From Escherichia phage AV108: DNA of 64,000 nt. Position 1 is the first letter of the stretch, and every line of letters starts with the position of its first letter. Shown piece by piece: positions 53,294-63,008 of this stretch. A program made the position numbers and the translations under genes. The DNA lies in sequence record OR352938.1. The stretch is one strand, 5' to 3'. The notes below the pieces were generated by a model. It saw only the letters and a list, made by a program, of their open reading frames with translations. It ran no database searches and was not told the DNA's origin.

Positions 53294-53375
53294 TCAAATA
53301 TAGTCTACACGATACCGTGCACGGGTAACACCCACATATAATAACTGCATTGCCAATTCAAAGTCAACATTATCT
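53294..53375 (-). other. dda: dda C-terminal segment (helicase motif VI) in the -1 frame
   Basis: frame starting at the G of the dda stop reads DNVDFELAMQLLYVGVTRARYRVDYI then stop. Confidence 0.6.
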
Positions 53376-54675
53376 AAGGGGTATACAGGAACACGCGGTC
53401 TACGCTGATTCCTTGTGACTTATGAATAGTGCAAGCTGGTAATGCTTTTACATTCAAGAACATACGCTTCATCGTCCAGAAAGAATCCCAATCCGGTTTA
53501 AAATTCGGATTCTCTTTCTTCATTTCGCGATATTGTCCGGCGACCGTATTCAGATAGATAGAGAAAATGTTCTTCTGACGTTGTTCTGTCAGAATGTTGA
53601 TTTCTACTAAATCTGGTTTATCTGTAGTGATTCCGACTGCATCTAAACCGACTTTCTGATTTAGGATTTCTTTGTCTTCGTCATCATCGACGCTTTCCAC
53701 TTTCAGAGTATAGCCTAAAACTGGTTGCGGATCTACCCCCGTGCAACGTAATGTAAATTCGCGCGGTATAACCTCTTTAACTCGGATCATCTCACCATTG
53801 TTAAAAATAACATTGGGGATCTTCTTCCCGCGTTCATCTCGCAGATATTCGATCAATGGTTCCTGAGTAACCAGAATTTCATCTACAATCACTGGTTCAT
53901 CGGTGTTATAAACGCGCTTACGTACAATTTCATTGAGTTTTTCGACGCTCTTGTTAGTGTAGGCCAGAATACGGTTTTCTAGAAGGTCTTCCGGCGTTTT
54001 AACGGTTTCGAAATAATGCTTCATAAACTCCGGCAGAGTTGAGCTATGGAATACACCCTCGTTACCGCACTGCTTTTCGAATACCCATTTACCATTACGG
54101 ACAGCGGTCGCCACATCAATTATTGGCGCATTAGATCGTTTAATCTCTGTAAGTTCTACATTCTGAAACCTTTCATCGGTGAAGAAAGGAGAGATCGACG
54201 TTGCGCCGCTCGGATCAACTGGTCGTAACTGGTACAGATCACCCACGGCAATAATAACAATTCGACCGTTGATACTCTTCATGAGAATATCAAATAGTTT
54301 CTTATCGACCATACTCGCTTCATCAACAATGATGATCTGAACATCATCTAGCTTAGGAGTATCTTTTTGCTCAAATACTTGAGTATCTTCATAGTTGGTC
54401 GGGTTTAGTCGCAGTAGTGCATGTAAAGTAAATGCTTGACGACCTACCGCTTTACTCAAAACTTTTTTAGCCTGGTGGGTAGGCGTTGCCAAAACCACAC
54501 CAGTTACACCACGGCGGACCATTTCCTGAACAATGAATTTCATCATTGCGGTTTTACCAGTACCCGCCGCACCACGGACAGTTGTATGCTTCTTTTGTTC
54601 AATGCGTTTCATTAGAACATCAAAAGCATGTTTTTGCCCGTCTGTTAACATATCGAAAGTTAATACTCTGCTCAT
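53374..54675 (-). CDS. dda: Dda SF1B DNA helicase, main frame ending before motif VI
   Basis: collinear with T4 Dda as recalled (GAAGTGKT, ATPTHQAKK, IIVDEASM, ELTEIKRSNAPIIDVATAVRNGKW, TIHKSQG); main frame stops after VDRVFLYTP. Confidence 0.85.
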   Translation of the reverse strand: MSRVLTFDMLTDGQKHAFDVLMKRIEQKKHTTVRGAAGTGKTAMMKFIVQEMVRRGVTGVVLATPTHQAKKVLSKAVGRQAFTLHALLRLNPTNYEDTQVFEQKDTPKLDDVQIIIVDEASMVDKKLFDILMKSINGRIVIIAVGDLYQLRPVDPSGATSISPFFTDERFQNVELTEIKRSNAPIIDVATAVRNGKWVFEKQCGNEGVFHSSTLPEFMKHYFETVKTPEDLLENRILAYTNKSVEKLNEIVRKRVYNTDEPVIVDEILVTQEPLIEYLRDERGKKIPNVIFNNGEMIRVKEVIPREFTLRCTGVDPQPVLGYTLKVESVDDDEDKEILNQKVGLDAVGITTDKPDLVEINILTEQRQKNIFSIYLNTVAGQYREMKKENPNFKPDWDSFWTMKRMFLNVKALPACTIHKSQGISVDRVFLYTP

Positions 54676-54989
54676 TATCCTAAAATCCTCACCTTGCGAA
54701 CACAGATAGTATTGAGTTCTCGCCGTACCCGTTCTTTTTCATATTCAGGAATTTTATATTCGATACCATCCCGAACAATTTCAGAAGACCGGATTATGCC
54801 AAATTTTCGTTTAGGTACAACCTTGTATTTCGGTTCACCCGCCAATAGACTCTCACAATAATCTATCTGATCACACATTGACGCTAACGCAGCATCATGT
54901 GTTTCGCAAGTTAGGACGCGACCTTTCGCGTCCACTGAGTATTGAAAGAATCCGTCTTTATCACGATAACATACAGCAAATACATGCAT
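54675..54989 (-). CDS. hypothetical protein
   Basis: 104-aa ORF coupled to dda. Confidence 0.45.
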   Translation of the reverse strand: MHVFAVCYRDKDGFFQYSVDAKGRVLTCETHDAALASMCDQIDYCESLLAGEPKYKVVPKRKFGIIRSSEIVRDGIEYKIPEYEKERVRRELNTICVRKVRILG

Positions 54990-55744
54990 TATAAACCTAC
55001 CTTCGCTTTCATCAATTCAATCCACGACGCATCAATCGGAAGCCCGTATTTCACGCGTTCTTTTTGTGCTGGCGTTAAGTTCTCATACTTAGAAAGAGAT
55101 TCAATCAAAACGCTGGTATATTTTAGCACGATTTCGGTATTGTTTGCAATAGCCTTAAGTTTTTCTTCTTTCTTGTTGATTTCGCTAAGGGCTTGCTTGA
55201 GATCTGCAATTTTCTGATAACGTTCTTCCATACGGAAGAGAGTATTTTTAATCGCTCGCTCGGCTGCCTCTGCTTTCTCCGGTTCGTTGTGTTTTTTATG
55301 GCGCTCGATTGCTAATTTCTTTTCTTCGATTGCCATTTCCTGATTTTTGATGCGATTCTCGTTAAGTTCGATCCACTCGATGTACTTCGCACGTAGGGCA
55401 ATTTCATCATCAGAAAGTTTACCTTTAGTTCCCAGTTCCTGGATCTCTTTAAGAGATTCGATAGTGTGATTGCCACGGAAAGAATTATATTTCAGTTTAA
55501 CCGGAATTACATTGCCATCAACATATCCCAGATTGCAATCAATGCGCTCTAAGGAGAGTCCGTCATCACCTTCACCAAACGCTTCACCTGAATATGCGCA
55601 ATGAGTCTGACGGTAAATGTTACGCACAGTGACTAAGCTCATAGAGAAGTCTTTGTTGCGACGTGAAGCGCCAGCCATGATAGAGTTCAGACGGAAAACA
55701 ACCAGCGCCAATTCTTCGTTAGATTTAAAAGCAAACAGTTTCAT
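54989..55744 (-). CDS. hypothetical protein with Cys-containing N-terminal domain and coiled-coil C-terminus
   Basis: 251 aa; HCAYSGE ... ERIDCNLGY ... KYNSFRGN loosely HNH-like but lacks the catalytic His; size and position after dda would also fit T4 srd, unverified. Confidence 0.45.
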   Translation of the reverse strand: MKLFAFKSNEELALVVFRLNSIMAGASRRNKDFSMSLVTVRNIYRQTHCAYSGEAFGEGDDGLSLERIDCNLGYVDGNVIPVKLKYNSFRGNHTIESLKEIQELGTKGKLSDDEIALRAKYIEWIELNENRIKNQEMAIEEKKLAIERHKKHNEPEKAEAAERAIKNTLFRMEERYQKIADLKQALSEINKKEEKLKAIANNTEIVLKYTSVLIESLSKYENLTPAQKERVKYGLPIDASWIELMKAKVGL

Positions 55745-55773
55745 AATTGATTCTCCTTAGTTGGTATGTGTGT

Positions 55774-55802
55774 ATTATTGTCTATCTGGTTTGTGCTGTC
55801 AA
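55774..55802 (-). promoter_or_regulatory. sigma70-type early promoter
   Basis: tgtcaa 55797-55802, AT-rich -10. Confidence 0.4.
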
Positions 55803-55805
55803 CAC

Positions 55806-56309
55806 TTAAATTAAAGAAAATTTGTAAATCTCTATCAGATCGCCGTTACACGCGTAAACTTCCTCGATCTCATCAAGGATCATGGTCGTCCCTGTCTTGT
55901 ATATGCACTCGCGCTCATCTGCCAACATAGCATACAAAGACAGTCGAGTAGTCGGATTGTCATACTCTTTAGACACCACTCGGTCAATAGCATGTTCGTA
56001 ATAATTCATGCAAGGCTTGGTAGGTTTTATTGCAATAATCTTTCCTGTTGCATAAACATCGGTTGCAAAGTCCTCTGCTGTTGATTGCAGTGGCGTAAAG
56101 CTCATAGGACGCTCTACAACGAAAGAATCACCTACAATTAAGGTATCCAGCTTACGACCTTCTCTTTTGCTCACACCGCGATACAAGGCTTCATGATGCA
56201 CTAACCGTTCAGTCTTTTCGATCAATCCATTAAGGATCGACATATCGATATTTTCTTTAGAGTTCATCACTTCATCAATGATGTTAAGTTCTTCTGGTGT
56301 AAATTGCAT
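55806..56309 (-). CDS. ADP-ribosyltransferase-like protein (ModA/ModB-like R-S-ExE pattern)
   Basis: YRG ... STAED ... DERE spacing fits arginine-specific ADP-ribosyltransferases; position between dda and 56 as for T4 modA/modB. Confidence 0.4.
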   Translation of the reverse strand: MQFTPEELNIIDEVMNSKENIDMSILNGLIEKTERLVHHEALYRGVSKREGRKLDTLIVGDSFVVERPMSFTPLQSTAEDFATDVYATGKIIAIKPTKPCMNYYEHAIDRVVSKEYDNPTTRLSLYAMLADERECIYKTGTTMILDEIEEVYACNGDLIEIYKFSLI

Positions 56310-56316
56310 AATAAAA

Positions 56317-56342
56317 AAGCCTCCAATCTTTCGACAGGAGGC
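56317..56342 (-). promoter_or_regulatory. 5' leader hairpin enclosing the RBS of the ADP-ribosyltransferase-like gene
   Basis: GCCUCC-N12-GGAGGC in mRNA sense; the GGAGG RBS is the 3' arm, followed by UUUUUUAUU-AUG. Confidence 0.4.
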
Positions 56343-56371
56343 ATAATAAAACCATTATAGAGTAGTGTCAA
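56343..56371 (-). promoter_or_regulatory. sigma70-type early promoter
   Basis: tgtcaa 56366-56371, TATTAT -10 at 56343-56348. Confidence 0.45.
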
Positions 56372-56378
56372 CTAATTT

Positions 56379-56897
56379 TTAGTAGCCGCGTTCTTGACGG
56401 GCGAAGTTTTCAGCATTTTTCAGATAGTACAGCTTGAAGATATCCTTAGCGGTTAAACCTAAGCCCAGCATTTTAATCAGCACAAAATGCCAGATATCGA
56501 TCAATTCCATCACAATTTCGGTTTTATCGTCATCTGACAGATCAGCAAATTTACGCGCTCGTGCTTCGCCGTGGTTCTTCTTCCACACTTTAGTAATTGC
56601 GCTTGCATCTTTGCCATTTGACATGCCACCCAGGGCAACATAAAGTTCTCGTGTCTCGTCGTCGATTGCGTCATCCCACAACTTCATCCAGTCAAGGATC
56701 TCCCCGCAAGTTTCCAGCTTATCAGGATGCATTACCCACTCAAATTTATCAGCTAGTGCGACCTGTAATCCTTTTTGCATATCTAACATTACTTGCAGCG
56801 GATCTTTACCGCTAGTGATTGCCTCGGAATACGCAATACCAGCTTTAGACATAGTTTCATCATTAACAAGACCAGCACAAGAATTAAATTCACTCAT
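56379..56897 (-). CDS. 56: dCTP pyrophosphatase-like all-alpha NTP pyrophosphohydrolase
   Basis: MazG-like ELIDIWHFVL helix, about 172 aa from ATG 56895-56897 with GAGAGG RBS; position next to 61 as T4 gene 56; ORF track to 56960. Confidence 0.6.
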   Translation of the reverse strand: MSEFNSCAGLVNDETMSKAGIAYSEAITSGKDPLQVMLDMQKGLQVALADKFEWVMHPDKLETCGEILDWMKLWDDAIDDETRELYVALGGMSNGKDASAITKVWKKNHGEARARKFADLSDDDKTEIVMELIDIWHFVLIKMLGLGLTAKDIFKLYYLKNAENFARQERGY

Positions 56898-56907
56898 AAT
56901 AAACCTC

Positions 56908-57471
56908 TCAAATAACATTAAACACTGCAAATTCACCGTGATACTTATACGCATAGTCATTATATACTATTGCGGCGTCTATTTCTAGGTCAAATTGTCC
57001 TATATAGACTTTATTTCCTTCATTGTCCCTTATCTGGGCGACCCATTTACCCGAACGACTATTATAATGCACTCCTTTAAAATTGCTAGTTTTAGTTTGG
57101 TTGTTTCTTCTCATATTTTGGGTATTCTGTTTTTGTGTCGCCTCTCTTAAGTTTGGAGGATCGTTGTTCTCTGGATTCCCGTCAATATGGTCAATGACAG
57201 GTGGGCAATACCCATGCTCTAAGAAGAATACTATTCTATGCACAAGCTCAAAATATTGTTTTCCTTCAAAAGAAAATGAGACTTTTAGGTGTCCGGCTGT
57301 GACTTTAGATACCTTTACTATATCACCAACCTTATAAAACTGGCCTTCTTTCGTCGTTCGGCTTGCTTTGCTGTTTGTTTTATGAATCAATATACCCCTT
57401 TCGTGTCTATATCTTCGACGTATTTCATCCTTTAATTCATCGCTCCATTCTTTGGCTTTCCTTACCCTCAC
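56908..57471 (-). CDS. HNH endonuclease with AP2 DNA-binding domain
   Basis: HNH core VHRIVFFLEHGYCPPVIDHIDGNPENN ... NLREATQKQN; AP2-like FKGVHYNSRSGKWVAQI ... YIGQFD ... AAIVYNDYA. Confidence 0.65.
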   Translation of the reverse strand: MRVRKAKEWSDELKDEIRRRYRHERGILIHKTNSKASRTTKEGQFYKVGDIVKVSKVTAGHLKVSFSFEGKQYFELVHRIVFFLEHGYCPPVIDHIDGNPENNDPPNLREATQKQNTQNMRRNNQTKTSNFKGVHYNSRSGKWVAQIRDNEGNKVYIGQFDLEIDAAIVYNDYAYKYHGEFAVFNVI

Positions 57472-57488
57472 AATACAACCCTCATTAA

Positions 57489-58517
57489 TTAAAATTTACA
57501 ATATTTCATAAACCGCATTTTAGCCATCAGACCTTGTACGGTGTTCTCTTTGATATATTCCATGATCTGGTCGCGTGTAGCGCCCTCGTCCTGAATCATG
57601 GCGTTAACGTCTTTAGAATGCCACGGGCAACGATCCCACAATACAATCTTTTCCCCTGCATTGATAAACTTTTCCAGTCGGTGCATTGTATCGGCAGACC
57701 GTGGTTCCGCATCAAGTACAAACACTCGCTGGTCTGGGAAAGGGATTTCATCTAATCCCAAAGTACCGCCAGTAATTGCACACCCGTTATCAATAAACAA
57801 TGAATCGATCGGACCTTCTAAGAAATACACTGGTTTACTCGGATCGGCGCGTTCAAGACCATAGACCTTACTCGCTAACTCGTGAGTTTTAATCGTCATA
57901 TATTTGGTCTTTCCGTAATCCTTTCTCAATGCTCGCCCCTGAATGGATTCTATCTTGTTCTCGCGGTTAAAGATAGGAATCACTAAACGCGGTTCAGGTT
58001 GTGGATTCTTGAAAGTATCCGCCTTAATGTGATTTGCTACCTTTTGCCATTCTCTCGTGAAATACAGAAGATCCCATTTATCGTGAGGAATACAGCGATC
58101 ACTGACATACTTTATTATAGGATGATTAGCCGGAAGAGTATCTAATCTCTCGCAGAAAGGCAATGTTTGCACTTTCTTAATCTCCGGCTTTTCTACCTTT
58201 TTCAGTGGCTTGAACGTGGTGTTCTTGTGGTCGCCTTGTTCCTTCCGTCGTTCCATAAGCCATTCCCTGAATAGGTCCGGCTTATACTGTTTGAGAAATT
58301 CACCTAACGGCTGATTGTAGTTACAGTTGAAACAGCCGCAACGCAAACTATCCTTATAGGTATAGATACGGAATCGCGCCATTGTGCTATTCTTTTTGGA
58401 ATCTCCGCAGATCGGACAACTTGCTACTAACGTAAATGAGTTAGTATGTAACCGCTTGAAATTTCGTTCGCCGTATATGGCTTTTTCCGCTATTTCATAA
58501 TCTGCGTAGTAAATCAT
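57489..58517 (-). CDS. 61: DNA primase
   Basis: 342 aa as T4 gp61; zinc ribbon CPICGDS ... CGCFNCNY and TOPRIM-like region. Confidence 0.85.
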   Translation of the reverse strand: MIYYADYEIAEKAIYGERNFKRLHTNSFTLVASCPICGDSKKNSTMARFRIYTYKDSLRCGCFNCNYNQPLGEFLKQYKPDLFREWLMERRKEQGDHKNTTFKPLKKVEKPEIKKVQTLPFCERLDTLPANHPIIKYVSDRCIPHDKWDLLYFTREWQKVANHIKADTFKNPQPEPRLVIPIFNRENKIESIQGRALRKDYGKTKYMTIKTHELASKVYGLERADPSKPVYFLEGPIDSLFIDNGCAITGGTLGLDEIPFPDQRVFVLDAEPRSADTMHRLEKFINAGEKIVLWDRCPWHSKDVNAMIQDEGATRDQIMEYIKENTVQGLMAKMRFMKYCKF

Positions 58518-58526
58518 AATAACCTC

Positions 58527-58730
58527 TTATAGCTCAAATTTCATGAAAGTTCCTACACTTTCATTTTCATTCTCTCCGTTTTCATCTAAGCCAAATTTGT
58601 AGACACTACCATCTGGCGATGTGTAAGAGAATACACGAAAACGGCCTACCGGATCAAGTTCCATGAACTCATATTCTTTTCCGGCTTCAAAAAGTGCATA
58701 TGTGCTTTTAAGACATTTCATCGTAATCAT
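58527..58730 (-). CDS. hypothetical protein
   Basis: 67-aa ORF. Confidence 0.4.
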   Translation of the reverse strand: MITMKCLKSTYALFEAGKEYEFMELDPVGRFRVFSYTSPDGSVYKFGLDENGENENESVGTFMKFEL

Positions 58731-59050
58731 TTAAGTGCCACCGACAACAGAATGAGAACTACACCAACATACATTGTGATCTCGGATAACTTTTCTGTTT
58801 TTGTTTTGTGTCCAGATAATCCGAAAACAACAACACCGATAATAGCGGACAGCAAGCCAACGATAAACATGATGATACTAAGCACCGTCTTTCTCCTTTT
58901 TGCGTTTTTCTTTACCCGCTACACTAGGTCCACGATTGGTAATAGATCCGTTCGTTTCACCTGCTGCGATTTTCTCAGGATTGCCGCCAGCATCGCCAGC
59001 GGTCATATCTTCTTTGAGTTTATTTTCTTCAACAAACTGTTTAAATCCAA

Positions 59051-59428
59051 TCATAGAATAATCTCTTTCAGTAAGTCAACAATCTGGTCTTTCGTCAGTT
59101 TATCCTGATTCTCTACAATCTTGATAACACAAGCATTAACATCTTTTCGAGTCACGCGGGAGATCGTTTTAATACGATGAAACGGTTCGTAGAAATATAC
59201 TGCTTCATTATAGAGAGCGGATACTTTACGACGCATTTGATCTTTATCTGACAAGAAAACAAGTGCTGTTTTATGACCTTCTACACCCGCCACGTTATAT
59301 AGTTCAGCAACACCCCAGCGACCTTCCGGTTCAATCATTCCGGCGTGTTTACCGTCGATAAAAATAAGAATATCTCCGTTGAATGCGGTTTTGAATGCTA
59401 CATCTTCCGGCGTAATCATATTTTTCAT
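59051..59428 (-). CDS. hypothetical protein
   Basis: 125-aa ORF between 41 and 61. Confidence 0.45.
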   Translation of the reverse strand: MKNMITPEDVAFKTAFNGDILIFIDGKHAGMIEPEGRWGVAELYNVAGVEGHKTALVFLSDKDQMRRKVSALYNEAVYFYEPFHRIKTISRVTRKDVNACVIKIVENQDKLTKDQIVDLLKEIIL

Positions 59429-59458
59429 AATATAGTCTCCTTAGAGTTTCATTATAGA

Positions 59459-60094
59459 TCAAGCGAATGTAGAAAGCAAATGTTTTGTTTCTTTCAGTTG
59501 TCGTTCAAGATCTTTGCGTTTCTCTTTAAGTTGCATTTTAGCATTATTTCGCTGTTTTTCAACATCTTTATCAATGCTCTTATTCCAGTTATCAATATCA
59601 GAATAAGTTGGCATACCCAATTCTAGACCTAATGCGGTTGGATACAGGGTAACAGTCCATAAACCGCTAATCTTCTTAAATAGGTCTGGGTGTAGTGTAC
59701 TATCTACATCTTCCGGTGTCAACTCTTTTTCTTCTTTCAGTGGTGGGATCTCGTCATATGGTTCCAGTGCATTTACTTTAATATCAGATACCTCATCAAA
59801 GAATCCGCGTACATCCGCAGGAAATACACAAGCAATTTCCCAACCGTGATCACGCAGAGAAGTAATATTTTTCACTCCCCCACCATGTGTGATGATTGAT
59901 GTGACATTGCCATCAAGGTCCACCGAATTTACGAGAAATGGCTTATCGTCTGTCAGATCATTATAAAACTGTGCTTCGGCTGTAGTCATCTCCAGAAACA
60001 GATCTCGGATCGGACGACCATCAGGTGCGTTACCTTCCTTGAGAGTATAAAAGCGACTTACGATCCATTTTGGCGGTAAAGCATTAGCGATCAT
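59459..60094 (-). CDS. hypothetical protein
   Basis: 211-aa ORF with an ITHGGGV motif and a Lys/Glu-rich C-terminal tail. Confidence 0.45.
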   Translation of the reverse strand: MIANALPPKWIVSRFYTLKEGNAPDGRPIRDLFLEMTTAEAQFYNDLTDDKPFLVNSVDLDGNVTSIITHGGGVKNITSLRDHGWEIACVFPADVRGFFDEVSDIKVNALEPYDEIPPLKEEKELTPEDVDSTLHPDLFKKISGLWTVTLYPTALGLELGMPTYSDIDNWNKSIDKDVEKQRNNAKMQLKEKRKDLERQLKETKHLLSTFA

Positions 60095-60144
60095 GTTATA
60101 TCTCCTATCAAATCATTCACCAGCGCCCCGCAGGGCGCATTTTA

Positions 60145-61557
60145 TTAGAAAGTCATGTTATTTGCTAGCTCGTCGAGTTTTTCTCGTTTCTCGGCTTGCT
60201 GTGCGCTTTGTGGTTTAACTTGTGCATTCTCCTGATCTGCGATCTGGTTTGGTACTTCATACCAACGCTGATTGCCTTTCTTCACACCAACGTTAAACCG
60301 TGAATAATAGTTCTTGTCACCGTAACGAGACTTGATCTGCTTCATGAGTTGGACGCCCATTTTAGCCAGGTCTTCGGTTTCGATAACACCCAACATAAAG
60401 TCGGCAGTAGCCGGAAGACCTGCTGATTCAGCGGTATCACTCATGTTAAGGTCGGAAGCATCCCAACCCGCGCGGGTAGTCTGTGCCGCAGTCCAACCAA
60501 CAACATCCCACTTAACAAAAAATCCTCGCAGTTCTTCCGCAATCGCCTTAACTAGTGTGTAACTATTTTCAGAGTATACACGCAAGCGAGACGATGCGCA
60601 AATCCCCAGATAGTCAACAATCACAACATCAGGTTTAAACTGTTTCTTGAGTCGCAATTCATTCATTAACGCCTCAAAGTGATTGGAGTTCGCGCCACCA
60701 GTCGGATACTGCTTGATCATCAATTTTCCAACCGGACGATCTCCGATCTTCTTATTCTTAACACGCTTCATGCGTGCGGAATATTCCGCAAAAGAAACAT
60801 TACCATTATCCAATTCATCTAATGTAATGTCAAGCAAGTTTGCGTCGATACGTTTTGCTACTACATGCTCCGCCATCTCCATTGAGATATACAATACATC
60901 ATAACCACATTCCATATAATCCGCAGCAAGAGAACACAAGCCAAGCGATTTACCAACGTTTACACCAGCAAGCAACACATTTAGCGTTTTTCTTTCCGCC
61001 CCTCCTTTCGTGATTTTATTCAACATCGGCAGCTTAAACGGGATCTTATTCGCCTTAGTCTGATATAGCAAGAATCGTTTTTCAAAGTCATTAAACCAGT
61101 CATGACCTACATCAGAATCAAACGTAATGGATAGTGCTTCCTGCATGATCTCAGGAATAGCACCCTCACTCGGCAATTTCTTATTCTGTTTCTCTTTTGG
61201 TAGTTGTGCGTTCGCCTGAATCTCTAGCGCCCGTGACATTGCATTATACATAGCGCGGTCACGAATAAATTTTTCGGTTTCCTTCATTAACCAATCAAGG
61301 TCTTCCGGTGTATTCTCCAGCGAATCGAGAAGAGTTTTCGCCCCTTCATATGTTGTCTGATTTCCTCTCTCCTTGTCTAAAGCAATCTGTAATGCAGTTG
61401 GCGTAGGAATATTGGAATATTCGTCTACGTGCTTTTTAATCAGCTTATAAATCAGTTTTTCTTCGTCTTCGGTGAAGTAGTCCGCTTTAAGGTGAGGCCA
61501 TACATTCGTAAAGAATGCGCCATTGTAAATCAACTGTGAAAAGATAGTTTTAATCAT
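60145..61557 (-). CDS. 41: replicative DNA helicase (DnaB-like)
   Basis: long identical blocks to T4 gp41 as recalled (VPFKL, LNKITKGGAE, LNVLLAGVNVGKSLGLCSLAADY, VLYISMEMAE, ESAGLPATADFML, SRYGDKN). Confidence 0.92.
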   Translation of the reverse strand: MIKTIFSQLIYNGAFFTNVWPHLKADYFTEDEEKLIYKLIKKHVDEYSNIPTPTALQIALDKERGNQTTYEGAKTLLDSLENTPEDLDWLMKETEKFIRDRAMYNAMSRALEIQANAQLPKEKQNKKLPSEGAIPEIMQEALSITFDSDVGHDWFNDFEKRFLLYQTKANKIPFKLPMLNKITKGGAERKTLNVLLAGVNVGKSLGLCSLAADYMECGYDVLYISMEMAEHVVAKRIDANLLDITLDELDNGNVSFAEYSARMKRVKNKKIGDRPVGKLMIKQYPTGGANSNHFEALMNELRLKKQFKPDVVIVDYLGICASSRLRVYSENSYTLVKAIAEELRGFFVKWDVVGWTAAQTTRAGWDASDLNMSDTAESAGLPATADFMLGVIETEDLAKMGVQLMKQIKSRYGDKNYYSRFNVGVKKGNQRWYEVPNQIADQENAQVKPQSAQQAEKREKLDELANNMTF

Positions 61558-61871
61558 ACATAGCCCCCAACTACACGCATAACAAAGGTCTTGAGTTTAT
61601 ACCAGAAAGTTTCTTTTTTCAACTTTTCTTCTGCTTCTTTGATCTGCGCGGTTAACGCCTTAATGACGTGTGGATATACCACATCACGATCTGACGGCGT
61701 GGAGTAGTCGACCACAATACCTTTAGTGTCTGGATCGTATTCAACATTATGAATATAGACAATATGATGCTCTCCCTCTTCATCAACAATTATCAATTCC
61801 TGAATAACTGTCTTCATTGCTTCTTGAATCAAGCTGTGTGCTTCTTCTAAACTTGTTGGTTTCTTATCCAT
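61554..61871 (-). CDS. hypothetical protein at the gene 40 position
   Basis: 105-aa ORF between uvsX and 41; assignment by position only. Confidence 0.4.
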   Translation of the reverse strand: MDKKPTSLEEAHSLIQEAMKTVIQELIIVDEEGEHHIVYIHNVEYDPDTKGIVVDYSTPSDRDVVYPHVIKALTAQIKEAEEKLKKETFWYKLKTFVMRVVGGYV

Positions 61872-61926
61872 AATATAATCCTCTCTAGATATGAAAAAGG
61901 GGCACGTAGCCCCTTTACTACCATTG

Positions 61927-62997
61927 TTATGCTAACATATCTTCGATTTCTTTGTCAACTGCTTCGTCGCTGATCACTTGCCCCAGCTTATAATGATCGT
62001 TGATTGCTTCGTTAAACTTATCGTTTGTCAGAAGTGGTTTCCAGAACTCAATGCTATTGGTTTCTTTAGCACGGAACTTGCGTTCTTCGGTTTCCATCTC
62101 TCCGGTCTCGGTATTCAGGATTGAACGAGAATACCAGCCGTTTGACGGTTTCACTACCCAGCCTAACTCTACAGCCAACTCCAGCAAACCGGAATAAGGA
62201 TCGATGCCACCGCTAAATGTTACGCTAATCGGGAACTTAGATTTTTCTTTAACGGTTCGTGATTTTTCCGCATTCAGGATAAAATCATAACCAGTAATTT
62301 CGGTTCCTTCTTTCTGCTGACGACGACCAATAATGAAAACTTCATTGGCTGAATACATCGCGCCAGTACCGCCGGACATAACGGTCTTACTAAACATTTC
62401 TTGCGTTTCGTAAGTGTGGTTAATAGCGATGCACGGGATATCATTCATAGTCAGATACGGCGTAACCATACGGAACAAGCCTTTAAGTGCTTTCGCTCGC
62501 GTCATATCCTGTGCGGATTTCTCATTAATCGCGTCTTCAACTTCTTTTTTACTTGCTAAGTTACCGATTGAGTCAATAAAGATGATCACTTTATCTTCAC
62601 GGGTAATTTGCTCAAGCTGGTTCATGATTTCAAATTTAAGTTCTTCGATGTTCTTGATTGGAACATGCACCACGCGATCAGGATCTACACCCATAGATTC
62701 CAGATATGCGGAAGTAATGCCAAACTCAGAATCAAAGAACAAGCACGCCGCATCAGGATTCTGTTTCATGTATGAACTAACACAAGTTAATCCCATGTTT
62801 GATTTAAAGTGCTTAGATGGACCAGCAAAGAAAATCAGACCAGATTGAAAGCCTTTTTTAAGATCACCTGAAAACGCAATATTCAGCATCGGGATCTTAG
62901 TGCGAGTATTTGTTTTTTCGTTAAAGAAGCTGGATTTAGACAGTACCGCAGTAGTTTTCAGGGTAGAGTTCTTTTTCAGTTTTTCCAGTACAGACAT
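61927..62997 (-). CDS. uvsX: UvsX recombinase (RecA-like)
   Basis: collinear with T4 UvsX as recalled (RTKIPMLNIAFSG, GPSKHFKSN, CIAINHTYETQEMFSKTVM, KSRTVKEKSKF). Confidence 0.9.
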   Translation of the reverse strand: MSVLEKLKKNSTLKTTAVLSKSSFFNEKTNTRTKIPMLNIAFSGDLKKGFQSGLIFFAGPSKHFKSNMGLTCVSSYMKQNPDAACLFFDSEFGITSAYLESMGVDPDRVVHVPIKNIEELKFEIMNQLEQITREDKVIIFIDSIGNLASKKEVEDAINEKSAQDMTRAKALKGLFRMVTPYLTMNDIPCIAINHTYETQEMFSKTVMSGGTGAMYSANEVFIIGRRQQKEGTEITGYDFILNAEKSRTVKEKSKFPISVTFSGGIDPYSGLLELAVELGWVVKPSNGWYSRSILNTETGEMETEERKFRAKETNSIEFWKPLLTNDKFNEAINDHYKLGQVISDEAVDKEIEDMLA

Positions 62998-63008
62998 TAT
63001 TAATACCT

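Noticed and set aside
53115-53297. ORF-track entry starting with TTG at 53297
   Set aside because: Its first codons overlap the out-of-frame dda C-terminal segment; an internal ATG at 53280-53282 with a GAGGAA RBS is the more plausible start and is reported instead
58752-59108. Plus-strand 118-aa ORF between 61 and 41
   Set aside because: It runs antisense to two short minus-strand frames with ATGA coupling and has no plus-strand promoter or RBS; the minus-strand frames themselves are too short to call with confidence
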